The notes below the pieces were generated by a model that made no database searches, was not told the origin of the DNA, and saw only the letters and a program-made list of their open reading frames with translations. A stretch of DNA of 64,000 nt from Octopus vulgaris (taxonomy: Eukaryota), in assembly GCA_951406725.2 (NCBI GenBank), contig OX597815.1, positions 176,762,001-176,826,000 of the forward strand, read 5' to 3'. This document shows, piece by piece, positions 51,467 to 64,000 of the stretch. Both the position numbers and the translations under genes were made by a program. How positions within the stretch are numbered: the first letter of the stretch is position 1; each line of letters begins with the position of its first letter.

Positions 51467-52660
51467 TTGTATGCACAGCATAGCTGTATGTGTTCCTGCA
51501 TATTATGTTTAGTATGAGAATTGCGAATATTCGTTTTATTATTTAGAAGTAAATTTGTTGAAGTTATTTTGAATTGCTGATTATTTATTAGAAATGATTA
51601 TATTTTCTAAGTTATGTGTGTTTGTGTGTGTACGAGTGTATGCGAGTGTGTGTGTGTACCTGTACTTGAGGACAGATACATATATGAAATAAGAATGGAG
51701 ACATGATTATATAAATATAGATTGTTGCACTATATTTGTACATTGGCCTTCTATGTATATATAAAGCGTGTAGTTATGTATGCGTATGCATATGATAGTT
51801 TGAATGTGTGTTCATGTGTGTGTTTGTGATTTTAAGATAGATAGTGAGAGTGGGAGAGAGAGAAAGAAAAAGAGAGAGGATATAAAGAGAAGTTCACAGA
51901 AAATATTGAAAGTCAAAAGCAGTCATTGTTGCCGTATTTACAGAACTCGGTGATTTAGAATTTGTTACGTATCAGATTACCTTTTGTACATAAAGTTTGG
52001 ATAGAAATGGAAGACTCTCGAACGAAAGTGTCAACAGTATCAAAGATAAAAAGAACAGCATTCTAAATGTTCGGATTATTAATAATCACGCAGTAATTAC
52101 TCAACGGATTCATAACATTTTTCGATTATGAGTCCAGAAATCGATGATGGTTACTGGCCAAGAAATTCATGCACCTGAATGGATGATCAGAATTGTTTTG
52201 GCGGGAGGACAATCGATACAAGGCATATGAAATAAGAAGCGTCCAATTAATACCCGCAGAAAACAGTTTAATCCGTGCTAAGCGGCTACTTATTAAGGCT
52301 AAATCTCTCACGAACATGGCGTATTTTATTTATTTCCTCTGTAATAAGAAAGACAGTTGCACCAAGAGCAAAAGTCTACCAGCAGAACTGATAGACAATT
52401 CTGTGTACGTCCTTCCGATGCTTCTAGACTGATTCACACTAAGCATCTAGCAACTCTGATGGTTTTATGAGTGCTGAGTATCGTAGATCATGTTAAACCA
52501 TCTCACGTCTCTCTACGCTGTTTTGATTCAACATTATAGTTGATGAACTGACAGTCATCTATCTTTACCCTAATGGCGGATTTTGTCCCTAATACAATCT
52601 AGGGATGTATCAGTAAAATCCATAAAATGCTGATGTGAATTTTGAATCCCACTTGTCTTC

Positions 52661-52745
<85 letters not shown>

Positions 52746-52879
52746 TTCTTTTATTCTTCTATTTGTTTCAGCTATGTGGCTGCGGTCATGTTGGAGCATC
52801 ACCGTGATTTTGCTTCAATACTTATGATTATCCTTTGGCTGACTTCCACAACGTAGCGAGGTTTCACATCAGCGCTCTT

Positions 52880-53268
52880 CTATGAGCCTCTGTCCCAGCT
52901 GTTGGCCCATTTGGTGTATGAAGGTGTTTGACTCCACTGCCCTCATCTTTACCTCATGCTGGGCTATTGGTTCATCCGGTATTGTGACGAGGCTGCCTTG
53001 AAAAAATCTACGCCCGCATTATGTAGGTTTCTTTAGTCTTGTGGCCATGGCATTGAAAAGTTGTGGGCCTTTGAACCGTAGGCCATTGAAGTACCTTGTC
53101 TTGAATTTTCATTGATGGGGTGGGAGCTTTGGCGTCCACTTCTGGCATTTGTATAATATTCAGTGCCGAAATTAAGTACCAACTCTTCTAGAGTTTTCCA
53201 TATGTAGAATATGTAGATTATTATATATCTCCAGGGAGTTAAGTCGTTCTTTCAGCCTCTCCCTGTAG
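52880..53268 (-). mobile_element. Decayed CR1/L2-type LINE 3' end
   Basis: Minus strand gives SYRERLKE.LNSLE, WKTLEELV.NFG, KTRYFNGLRFKGPQLFNAM, TIPDEP. Confidence 0.6.
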
Positions 53269-53338
<70 letters not shown>

Positions 53339-53365
53339 AAAGGACAAGATCGCTAAAATTTAGGG

Positions 53366-53476
53366 TATCTAAGAGATATCGTCATGCAGCTAAGATCTGA
53401 CTCTAAACCCACATTTAATGTGGTTTTAGAGTCGTATCTTGGCTGCTATTTTCAGCATGGCGGTATCTCTTAGATA
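53366..53476. repeat. ~110-bp imperfect hairpin element between (TA)n tracts
   Basis: TATCTAAGAGATATCGTCATGC pairs with GCATGGCGGTATCTCTTAGATA; the inner GACTCTAAACCCACATT pairs with AATGTGGTTTTAGAGTC. Confidence 0.85.
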
Positions 53477-54269
53477 ATTTTAATAAAAATTATATATATA
53501 TATATGGGGGCGGAGTTTTAGTGCCTGTATGAGCGTACGTGTATGTATATAAGAACAGAAAAATGCCCTCTATACAATAGCAACACTTTTAAAGTTTACT
53601 TTGTTTTTAGTTTATCGCTTTTATCGCTAAATTTCGTTTTATTTCGCAAATGCTGATGCCTTCATTTTTAGTTGCAAACAAGAATTTAAAGAAACTCGTC
53701 ACTTCCAATTCTCTTGTTAATGTCGATATTATTGTTGTTCTCGCGTTTGTTGTCATTATTCCTGCATTACTCTCTGTCACTCTTCCATTGTTAAACCTGA
53801 TTAAATTCAAATATATCTTCATTGTCATATTCATATTTTGGAGTTCTTCAGTACATTCTTCCCGCGTTCTAGTCATTCTCGTGGCAGCTGTTATCAGTCT
53901 TGAAATTATTTCTCAATTTTTTTTAAAGAAGATTTATCATAGTGCCGTTATTGGTTTTTAGACTATTAAACCCATCGCCTATATTTTTATCAACAATTTT
54001 ATTTTCATATAAATGTTGATCCGTCTAACTAACAATCGTTTTCAAGTGAAAAATTTCTAGAAATCGAATTGGTATATATCAAAATAACGTTATCTATCGG
54101 GTTTTGCATTCACTATACACTCATACATATATAATTGTGTGTGTGTGTGTGTATACGCGAGCACATGTGTGCGTATCTTTGTGTGTGTATGCATCTGAAT
54201 ATAAGTTAATATACATATATATATATTATGTGTATATCAGTTAATCTTGCAAACCAAAATACAAATACA

Positions 54270-54313
<44 letters not shown>

Positions 54314-54577
54314 TATATGTGTATAACCAAACAGAAAACCATAGATACTCAATGTATGTAATGAAAGACGATGAGCGAGGGGGGCGAGGGGGGCGAGAGA
54401 AAGAGAATGGCGACAGAGAGCAAGAGAGGGAGTGAAAATAGAAAATGGATCATATTTGAGTTACAAAGTCATAAATAATCAAGTCTAATATATTCACATT
54501 CTAGCTTTCATTCGTGCAGGCGTATTCAGCATTCGTTTACCTAGATGATCGCCTATACAGGTATGCAAGCACACACG

Positions 54578-54656
<79 letters not shown>

Positions 54657-54920
54657 CATGCATATCAAATTCTAATGAGTAACAATACGTCAAAAACTGT
54701 ATAATAAACACAAGCAATTAGTGCTCAGACCAGACCAAATAGCTAACAGTAAATGTCAAACGGAGGGAGACGAATTCCAGGTGACCAAACGATACCTACA
54801 GGTAATGTACAGTGGCTCTAATAAAGATTCTAATATTATAATAAAACAAAAGATATTCTGGCAGAGTGGCTGATCCGTGATATTAGAGTATAAACGATTA
54901 GGATATTTACCCATACTCTT

Positions 54921-55341
54921 TTTACGTGTTTCAATTATTTGACTGTGGCCATGCTGGATCACCGCCTTTAGTCGAGCAAATCGACCCCAGGACTTATTCT
55001 TTGTAAGCCTAGTTAGTACTTATTCTATCGGTCTCTTTTGCCGAACCGCTAAGATACGGGGACGTAAGCACACCAGCATCGGTTGTCAAGTGATGTTGGG
55101 GGTACAAACACAGACACACAAACATACACACACACACACACACACGTATATATAATATATATATATATATTCATATATACGACGGGCTCCTTTCAGTTTC
55201 CGTCTACCAAATCCACTCACAAGGCTTTGGTTGACCCGAGGCTATAGTAGAAGACACTTACCCAAGGTGCCACGCAGTGGGACTGAACCCAGAACCATGT
55301 GGCTGGTAAGCACGCTACTTGCCACACAGCCACACCTACGC
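54921..55341 (-). mobile_element. SINE family B, full length
   Basis: Reverse complement of the family-B sequence. Confidence 0.9.
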
Positions 55342-55404
55342 CATCTATACGGAATTCCTATAAACTTTAGCTTGCATGATTTACCTGCGTTCCGCTGCTC
55401 TCTC

Positions 55405-55451
<47 letters not shown>

Positions 55452-57031
55452 GTCTTTGGAACATCGAGAATCAGCCCTCCTTATTCCAATTTCAATGATT
55501 CGAACCCAAATGCCGCTCGCTAAACATGTTTCTTTACCATACACATATGTCATTATACACGGAGACTCACGCATTCTCATATTCGTACATACAATGAACT
55601 CTGTGGCGAACCTGGAGAGATATATATTCGCTAATATATACACGATTTGCATAAAATGAAGATTACTCGACGAGGGAATAAGTATTTTATTGCGAGCAGT
55701 ATGCGCATGTGTGTTTACATGTGTTGTGTGTCTGTGTGTGAGCGCGCGCCTCGTCTACCGAGGATATACTCTCATCTGTAATATGCAAATAGCGACGCAG
55801 TACAGCAAATTAAGATTTGTTAAAACTACCAATGTTGTGGCAACGTAACTAATATTCTAAATACACTATAAATGAATTATATCTTCAATTTTGTCTGACA
55901 GTTCAGATTGCTTAAGTCAGTTGCTGTATGGGATATTCTTTCAAAAATTTTAGTAGCATTCTCACAAAAGAATGGCGAAGAGAAACGAAGCAGCATTTTC
56001 TTATGGACACTTCCATGTAACACTTCCTAAACCAGGTCCAGTTATTGATATAATTATGAAGATAATAGTAAAAAGTGCTCATGACAAAATGGATGAGAAG
56101 TGGATAACCATGAATATAGTTTCCAAAGCCGTTCTCTCCTAAGACTGCGTTTTCATACTATCTATGTCGACTTCACACCATTTCAATCGAACGCTTTCGA
56201 AGACGAAAAAAGAAAAAGAAAAAATGCAAGTTCACAAAATATGAATTTCATGGTTATCCATAAACTTGTAGCGGTCTTATAGTTTTCAAATAATCGTGAA
56301 ATTTCCAAGGGAATTGCTACTTATAACACTAAGTCTGTATTTCAAATATATATTGATTTCTTATACATCGGCTCGTCATTTATTTATTTATCTATTTATT
56401 TATATTTGCATTGATTGATTTACGACGTTTTTCCAATTTTATTTTACGTATATCATTTTCTACTTTCATGGTTTTATACGGCTATAATGTTGACCGTTGT
56501 AATTTAACTATATTCAACATATTTCAACCGATTCCCCACTTGTTCGTAAATATTTACCAAATATTCTCTATATTTACTTATTCGTCACTTTATTTCAATG
56601 TCCTCTGTATATGCGCGTGTATGTATGTTGTTGTATGTATTGCCTATATATTTGCATAATGTTTAATGCTCTCTTATATTAATGAATTTGGTGAATACAT
56701 CCATCTGTATAACTCCATGCACATCTACAGATTTGGAGCTCAGAATTCTGGGATGTTAACAGTTTGCTGTTTTTGTCCTTCCGTTTATTTTCCTATTTTA
56801 TTTATCTGCAGTTCATGCGTTACGGCACGAAGATGTGTAGACTTATATTTCTCAGGCGTATACGTATACATTTGCATAAAATCTATACAATTTCATGCAC
56901 ACTTTTATACTTCTGAGCTTGTATATGTATGAATATGTGGGGATATGAATATAGGCATGTGTGAGTATATGTACATATGTACATGCGTATAATCATGTGT
57001 GTATATGGTTATATATATATATATATATATC

Positions 57032-57223
57032 TTTAGTCGCCATGATAGATCGTTAGCTACTACACACATTTTTTCTCTCCTTGTTTTTTTCTGTGTGCCT
57101 TTCTGTAGAAGAGCGTAGGCTCGAAACGTAAAAGATTTTTTCTATTCCTGAGCGTTATATTAATACATCTGTTTGGTTTGTACACCACCTGTCTTCGTCT
57201 TTTGTTTTTTTCGTAAACTCACC
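57032..57223 (+). mobile_element. Hammerhead-bearing element, subfamily H2; HHR motif at 57099-57134
   Basis: CTTT-CTGTAGA-A-GAGC(GTAG)GCTC-GAA-A(CG)T-A^AAAG, with (TA)n on both sides. Confidence 0.75.
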
Positions 57224-57380
57224 CTATATATATATATATACTGTTGTGTCTGGAGAGAGTCATATTCTTTTTGTGCCTTATAATGTAACACACTCACCGG
57301 TAAAATTTCCACTTATTTTTATTTTCCTAAACTTTTCAATAGTCCTGACTCTGTCCGTTAGTTACACGGCAGTATATATA

Positions 57381-57454
<74 letters not shown>

Positions 57455-57571
57455 TCAATTTCATTTAATTAGTCTAGGAACTGTAAGTAGGAAATTCTAT
57501 GTATGAATTTGAATGTTTCTAAATAAAAACATCTGGACGTAAACTTTTATTCACGCTCTTCATTTTCTGAT

Positions 57572-57572
<1 letters not shown>

Positions 57573-57627
<55 letters not shown>

Positions 57628-57708
57628 ATATATGTATATATATGTATATATGTATATATGTATATATGTATATATATGTATATATGTATATATATGTATA
57701 TATGTATA

Positions 57709-57757
<49 letters not shown>

Positions 57758-57902
57758 ATATATGTATATATATATATGTATATATGTATATATATATGTA
57801 TATATGTATATATATATATATGTATATATGTGTATATATATATATGTATATATGTATATATATATATATGTATATATGTATATATATATATATGTATATA
57901 TG

Positions 57903-57937
<35 letters not shown>

Positions 57938-57984
57938 ATATATACATATATATATATGTATATATGTATATATATATATATGTA

Positions 57985-58035
<51 letters not shown>

Positions 58036-58044
58036 ATATATATG

Positions 58045-58097
<53 letters not shown>
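57573..58097. repeat. (TA)n/(TATATG)n compound microsatellite
   Basis: Seen directly in the sequence. Confidence 0.95.
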
Positions 58098-58101
<4 letters not shown>

Positions 58102-58906
58102 GTGTGTGTATATATCTCTATATATAAAACTGAAATGCGTTTTTACCGCTTGGATCGCTTTCAATGCCACTACATCCCGTCCGATTCGCTCCTAAATTTA
58201 CAGGGACATGTAGAATGAGGTGACGGTGCCCGTTGTCTACCTTAGAAATCCATATCTTAAAAGGTGTGGTTGCTAGGGGCCATCTTCCTCACTCACGCTA
58301 TTTCCTCCATTACCCTCCCACTCCCCTTCATTTATAACTTTGACAAATCCACTCCCGTTATTTAATGTATCTTCCTAAACTCACTCTCGCTATTTCCTCT
58401 CTTTTTCACTCACTCTGTTTCCTACCTTCCCATCACTTCGGCGTTCTTTTATGTATCTGTCTGTCACCAACAACACACGAGCATGAGAACAAATATTATG
58501 AATCAGATATTCTTGCGTTCATTTATAAGTGTGTGTGTGTGTGTTCTATATATAAATATGTATATATAATGTATGTGTGTGTGTGCGTGTTCTATATATA
58601 AATATGTATATATAATGTATATATACAAAGTGTATATATCTGTATTTATGTATATTAAACTTTTTCATACTTTTTCATAGTTATATATATTTTTAAACAA
58701 ATTATAAATATAATTTAATAATTTTTATTTTCAATTTAAATAATTTAAATTTTTCAATTTTATATTTTATATATTTTCTATATTATATTTTTTTATGTTT
58801 TTATTTTTGGTTTTTCACTGTTTGATTTGCCTATTAGTGGTTTTATCTCTAATTTAATTTATACAGATATATATCTCATTTGTATACATTTGTATATATA
58901 ATGCGT

Positions 58907-58979
<73 letters not shown>

Positions 58980-59236
58980 CATATATAATGTGTGCATTAC
59001 GTAGTCGGTCGATTCAGCTGAAAATATGCACACCTATGTTAAAAGTGCTGGCAAATTTGCATGACAACTATTTTTTTCCTCAAATGAAAGGCGTGACCTC
59101 TAGGACAAAATTCCTCATCTTATATAATGTGGCCCCAGTAGACCCGAATAAAATCGGGTTATATTAACCAAAATGTGAAAAGGGGTCTAAATGGGGCTTG
59201 GAAGGGGATTAAAATTTCAAGGAGCGGGTGTTTAGG

Positions 59237-59515
59237 AATTCTCTGTTACATCAAGCTAAAAAATTTGCGCCAGCCTTTTAATCGTCAATGTGTTGCCGTC
59301 CATGATAAAGAAGTTTTGAATGCTTGCCATGGTGAGTCTACTGTCGTGAGAAAGAATCACTTCAAAACTTGGTGTTTACGAATTTTCTTTTACATCAAGT
59401 TCAAAATTTTACGCCAGTCGTTAAACTGTCAATACGTTGCTGTCCGTCGTTAAGAAATGCCAGCCATGGTGACTCTACTATCCTCAGATTCTATCCCTTC
59501 AAACTTTGGTTTCCA
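59237..59515 (+). repeat. Diverged tandem duplication, period ~144 bp
   Basis: TTACATCAAG..AAAATTT.CGCCAG...GCCATGGTGA.TCTACT.TC...CTTCAAA..TTGGT occurs twice. Confidence 0.75.
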
Positions 59516-59801
59516 ATATTTTATTATTTTTATTCAGCTCGCAAGTTCATCTGTCCCTTTTAAATGTTAGCGTTTTGATGTCTGCCTTGAAGCAGACCTT
59601 TCCGTTGCCACTGCCTGATATTTATGATTGATCTTTCTAAATATTTTATTTCTCAACTTACTCAAGATCTTCTGTTGTTTATAAATGGGAGAGAGATAGA
59701 TAAAGATAGAGAGTAAGAGAAAGCGAGGGAGAGTCTGAGAGAAAAGAAAAGTAAGAGAGTGGGAAAGTGAGAGAGAAAGGAGAGAGAAACAAAGACGGAG
59801 A

Positions 59802-60110
59802 ATCATCATCATCATCGTTTAACGTCCGTTTTCCGTGCTAGCACGGGTTGGACAGTGTGACCGGGGTCTGGGAAGCCAGGAGGCTGCACCAGGCTCCAGT
59901 CAGATCTGTCAGTGTTTCTACAGGTGGATGACCTTCCTAACGCCAACCACTCCGTGATTGTAGTGGGTGCTTTTTTCGTGCCGCCGGCACAGGTGCCAGG
60001 GGGGCTCGCTGCGGCAACGATCGGTTGGTGCTTTTTACGTGCCACCGGCACAGAAGCAAGTCAAGGCGGCGCTGCAATCGGCCACGTTCGGATGGTGCTT
60101 TTTACGTGCT
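59802..60110 (-). mobile_element. SINE/LINE 3' end with (GAT)n tail (family D)
   Basis: (ATC)n-GTTTAACGTCCGTTTTCC...GGATGACCTTCCTAACGCCAACC, plus internal repeats GGTGCTTTTTACGTGCC. Confidence 0.7.
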
Positions 60111-60172
60111 GAAAGGAAGCAACAGAAAGTAACACACTCTTACCCGCGCGTAGAGCGGGTCACCTTCAGCTA

Positions 60173-60244
<72 letters not shown>

Positions 60245-60770
60245 TATTTATTTATATATATATATATACACATATACATGTACATGCTTGTATATCTACA
60301 TATATATATAGTTGGTGTCTGAACATTTTATATCAATGCATAGCCCTTGTTTGCACTCACTCACTCACTCACTCACAGACAGACACCCGCCTACACACAG
60401 ACACACAAACTGAATATAAGCATCCACGCTATATAAGCCGTAAGGTGACTCACAGATGACCTAAACCTGACGTGCTCCGATACACTTCATGGAATCTTCA
60501 AAGCTCATGTCACATTGAACATACAGCGCGATTTATATCCACAATCAAAGAAATATTTAGACTTGAAACTATTTGATAGACTATCCTATGAACATCTCCG
60601 GAGCCATCAGGCACTCGTCTTCAGTTTATGTGTGTTTACATTCACGACAGGATTTTTCAAGTATTGTTTATAAAACCCTTCATATCAATTTATCAGCGAA
60701 TAAGCAAATAATTAAAATATCTTATCTACAGTTGTTCTCAATACATTAAGATAAATTATCGCAAATTACT

Positions 60771-60840
60771 GTGAAAGCGCGTGGTATAGTGGTTAGACAT
60801 ATTGGCCCATCTACATGAAGGTCTTGTGTTCAATTCCCAG
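60771..60840 (+). mobile_element. Isolated SINE-C tRNA-like head
   Basis: GTGAAAGCGCGTGGTATAGTGGTTAG...GTTCAATTCCCA. Confidence 0.55.
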
Positions 60841-62324
60841 AACTGAACACATACACAAATATTTTTGTGATATATTTTCAGCAACAAATCTAGATTTAGG
60901 TATGACCTGTATTTCTGATATCGTACAAAGTCACGACTGTCAGACTCCATAAATAACTGTCATACTTTTTCCCTAGCTTTAATTCTCGAAGGAATTCCAA
61001 CCACGTTTCGTGGTTCGCTACCTTAACAGCTCCTTTATAGGATCCAGTGGCTAAGGACATCGTCAAGAGGAACCACGTTCGGTTTCGGCTCCTACTCCTC
61101 TACTGTTTTCAAAGTGATGGAGCGCCCCCTTTCGGAGGTGTCTTTAACTCTGGTGTTGAGTGTTTTTTTTTTCTTTTTTGTTTGGATTTTTGTTCTTTGG
61201 TTTCTTCGATTCAGCGTCAACGATTGTCAACAAGTAAATGACCACTCTGCCAACTTTGCTAATCTGGTGGTCATTCTTGTTACCTCGTCATCGAATTTCT
61301 TATAGCGAGCTGCATCGTTTACTTTCGGCTACTTAGTGTTTGGTTTTTTCACGCCTATCGCTTTCCCTAGCTGTTCCGATTTAACTGTGGAATGACCTTC
61401 GCTATGGTTTCTTTCCAGAAGGTTCTGGCCACACGTTTTCTGGTTTTTCAACCCGCACTGTTGAATCACTATCTTCTGACACACCTTTCCTTGGTGAATG
61501 CCAAGCCCGATGTATCTAGAAAACACCTTTCCTCATCTACCTTTCTTTCAGCGCTTCCTTTCTCGTTGTCCATATACGTCTTTAATGAATGTTACAGCGC
61601 TATTTTCTCATTGTACAATTATGGATAAGTCATCCAGCCTAAAACACGAAAAGGTCTGCATATCAATTAATGCAAGCGGATAGTTTTTCATAAAGTGCAA
61701 CATAATGTTAAAAATCAACAGGGTCCGTGAGAGAGAAGGAAAAAGATGGTGAGGGAAAGGAGAGAGCGAGAGCTCGGAGCAATGAATACGGAGGAGAAAA
61801 GATGAAAGGAAACAGCTTGATAGGTTCAGAATGGGGACTTTCAACCGGCAGGAATTATTGACTTGATGTAATGGAGTGGTGTATCGCACAAAAGTCAAAG
61901 TTCATCGCTTTCAAAAGCGCTTGGCATGTTCTCCTACTGGAGTAAATTACAAATAGGAAATCAGTTGTTTTTTTTTCTTTCTTTTTATATTAAATATACA
62001 ATCCGAGTCTCTCATACAATTTATACACCTTGATATCATAGCGGTCCTTGCACTAACAACACTGAACTCTGATTCTATCGAGATTTGGCTGTTATTCTTG
62101 AAATATTGATCGCCTATAATAACTCTGATGAAGGTGATAAAATCCATCTCACTAAATCTACATGAGGCGTGATGGGACAGTTCTTTGATGAAAAACTTTT
62201 GAAGTATAACAAGGACTATTTATGAATTTCTGTGTATATTTTCCCTGGTACTTCACCATCTTGTACGTTGTAACCCTTGATTCAGTAGATCTTTCAATCA
62301 TCAAGGGCATTCTCAAATATAAAC

Positions 62325-62610
62325 GCATTTTGTTAGTGTGGTAATGAAGTTCCCCTGGCAAACACGTGGTTTCCGGTTCAATCCCTTCCTTGGCACCTTG
62401 AGTATCTGCTTTCTACTCTTCCCTCGCGCCAACCAAAGCATATACATACATACACACATATACACACACACATGTATGTATGTGTAATGTGCGTGCGTTT
62501 TGTATTTGTCTTTGTCTCTCCCTACGACCGATTGATAACTGGGATTCATTTCTTCGACTAACCCTTGAAGGTGATGCTCCAGTATGGCTGCATTGCAATG
62601 AATGAAACAA
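62325..62610 (+). mobile_element. SINE family B (old, internally deleted)
   Basis: GTGTGGTAA...GGTTCAATCCC...GGCACCTTGAG...GCTCCAGTATGGCTGCA...TGAAACA. Confidence 0.7.
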
Positions 62611-64000
62611 ATTAACCAACGAGGTTGGCACAGTTTACCTCAGACTACATTACAAAAAGCGTTCTTCCATGTTATTCGTGCCGTTTATTTTCCAGGTCAG
62701 TTGGCCATGTTTGTCGTAAGTTGGTAAAACCATGATTCTCAGGAGATTTGACAGCATTAAATGATACGCCGTGTAGTCTATTGCCAATTGATGGTATTTG
62801 TATTGTGATGCGGTTAATAGAAAAGGGTTGAGGGCAATATTTTCGGAACAAACCCAAGCAAGTTTTTAAAGACTGAAGTTGCTGGAAAAAATCATTCTGT
62901 GTATCCAGAACGCTTTCGTTGCATGACTTCTAGACAGGAACGTACAAATGCATACGCACACACACCAACATACAAACATGCACAGATATACTTACACAGA
63001 CATGTACACGTACACATACATACACACGTTTACACATGAGGAAATAGTTTTGATAAGTACATTTCTAACATATAGTAGGTTCCATAGTTTTTTCATTTAT
63101 TTTTGTGTAAATAAATGTAGGAAAGCCACTAAATGTTTCCCATTAACATGACACCGATTACCTTATATTAAAACTGTTTATAATTAATCTTTACACAATC
63201 GATCAGTAAATTAAATCTAAAAGCCAAACGAGAGTTCGGAAATTAGGCTTTGGACAATACCGTTGTCATGTGACCGATTGCGGTTTCGTTCATTTTCACG
63301 CATTGAAATAAATACAAAACGTCCAGTCGAGTTTCATAATTAGAAACCCATTTACTAGTAATTCGAGATGTTTATCCGAGGGGATAAACATCTTTCCTTT
63401 TATGTATCTACTTAAGACAAGAAAGTAAATCACTAAATATTACACAGTACAATATTATTTTTAAATGTATAACTACGTCTATCATCAGCAAGTCTATTTA
63501 GATATCTATCTAACAAACGATATAACCACGTAGCTAGAATTGAAATAATTTTCTAATCATTGATGATCTTAATTATCTGTAATTTTTCATATTTATCTCA
63601 ATGTTTAGGATTAAATTAAGGAATCTATAGCAATTTATTAAATATAATCTAATATTTTTGTATGATTTTAAATGCACGCCTAAACACGTGCATAAGAATA
63701 CATCATATTTTGTAAATAAAGGCAGCTTGCCAACGTAATGATTATCAGAATAGTTATGTAATTATCAATCAAACAGTCTGTCTCTATAGCAACAAGGAAA
63801 ATGTGAATTATACTATGCTTAACTAATACGGTTTGAACTGACAGAAACATATTCGCTCTAGATACAGTAACAGCCGAAGAACCGAGTCAATTTTTTTCAC
63901 GTGGTTATTTAAATTCTAATTATTTGAAATTCCGTAGTAATCTAACTTGTATTTCTTGGCAAGAATTCTCATTAACGTTCAACACTTTCCTGCTTCGATT

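Noticed and set aside
53607-53961. Overlapping 89-aa and 103-aa ORFs
   Set aside because: No recognisable domain or splice support; compatible with chance or a decayed repeat.
60771-60840. tRNA genes (also the heads at ~42430-42505 and ~45630-45700)
   Set aside because: A/B boxes are present but there is no convincing cloverleaf, and the sequences match SINE-C heads.

Overview
This window is AT-rich eukaryotic repeat DNA, dense in (TA)n, (CA)n and (TATG)n microsatellites. The SINE and Penelope complement looks cephalopod (Octopus-like); this is from recall, not a search. I could not support any host protein-coding exon, so the window is intergenic or intronic, and most listed ORFs are microsatellite artefacts. 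It contains about 20 copies of tRNA-derived and other SINEs, three Penelope-like retroelement (PLE) segments, decayed Tx1/L1, CR1, RTE and HERO-like LINE fragments, three Tc1/mariner relics, a 29-bp minisatellite and several palindromes. The main signal is a set of at least 7 type-I hammerhead ribozyme (HHR) motifs in three architectures. Two lie in PLE terminal repeats. Five lie in ~200-bp non-coding elements whose 3' ends abut (TA)n, suggesting a ribozyme-bearing, TA-targeting non-autonomous retroelement family. Other notable items: a perfect hairpin whose axis falls on a predicted ribozyme cleavage site, a minisatellite made from the last codons of a transposase, a locally templated inverted insertion inside a SINE, and a Tc1 foldback made of two right ends. 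Coordinates were read by eye; repeat boundaries are approximate to within roughly 10-20 bp.
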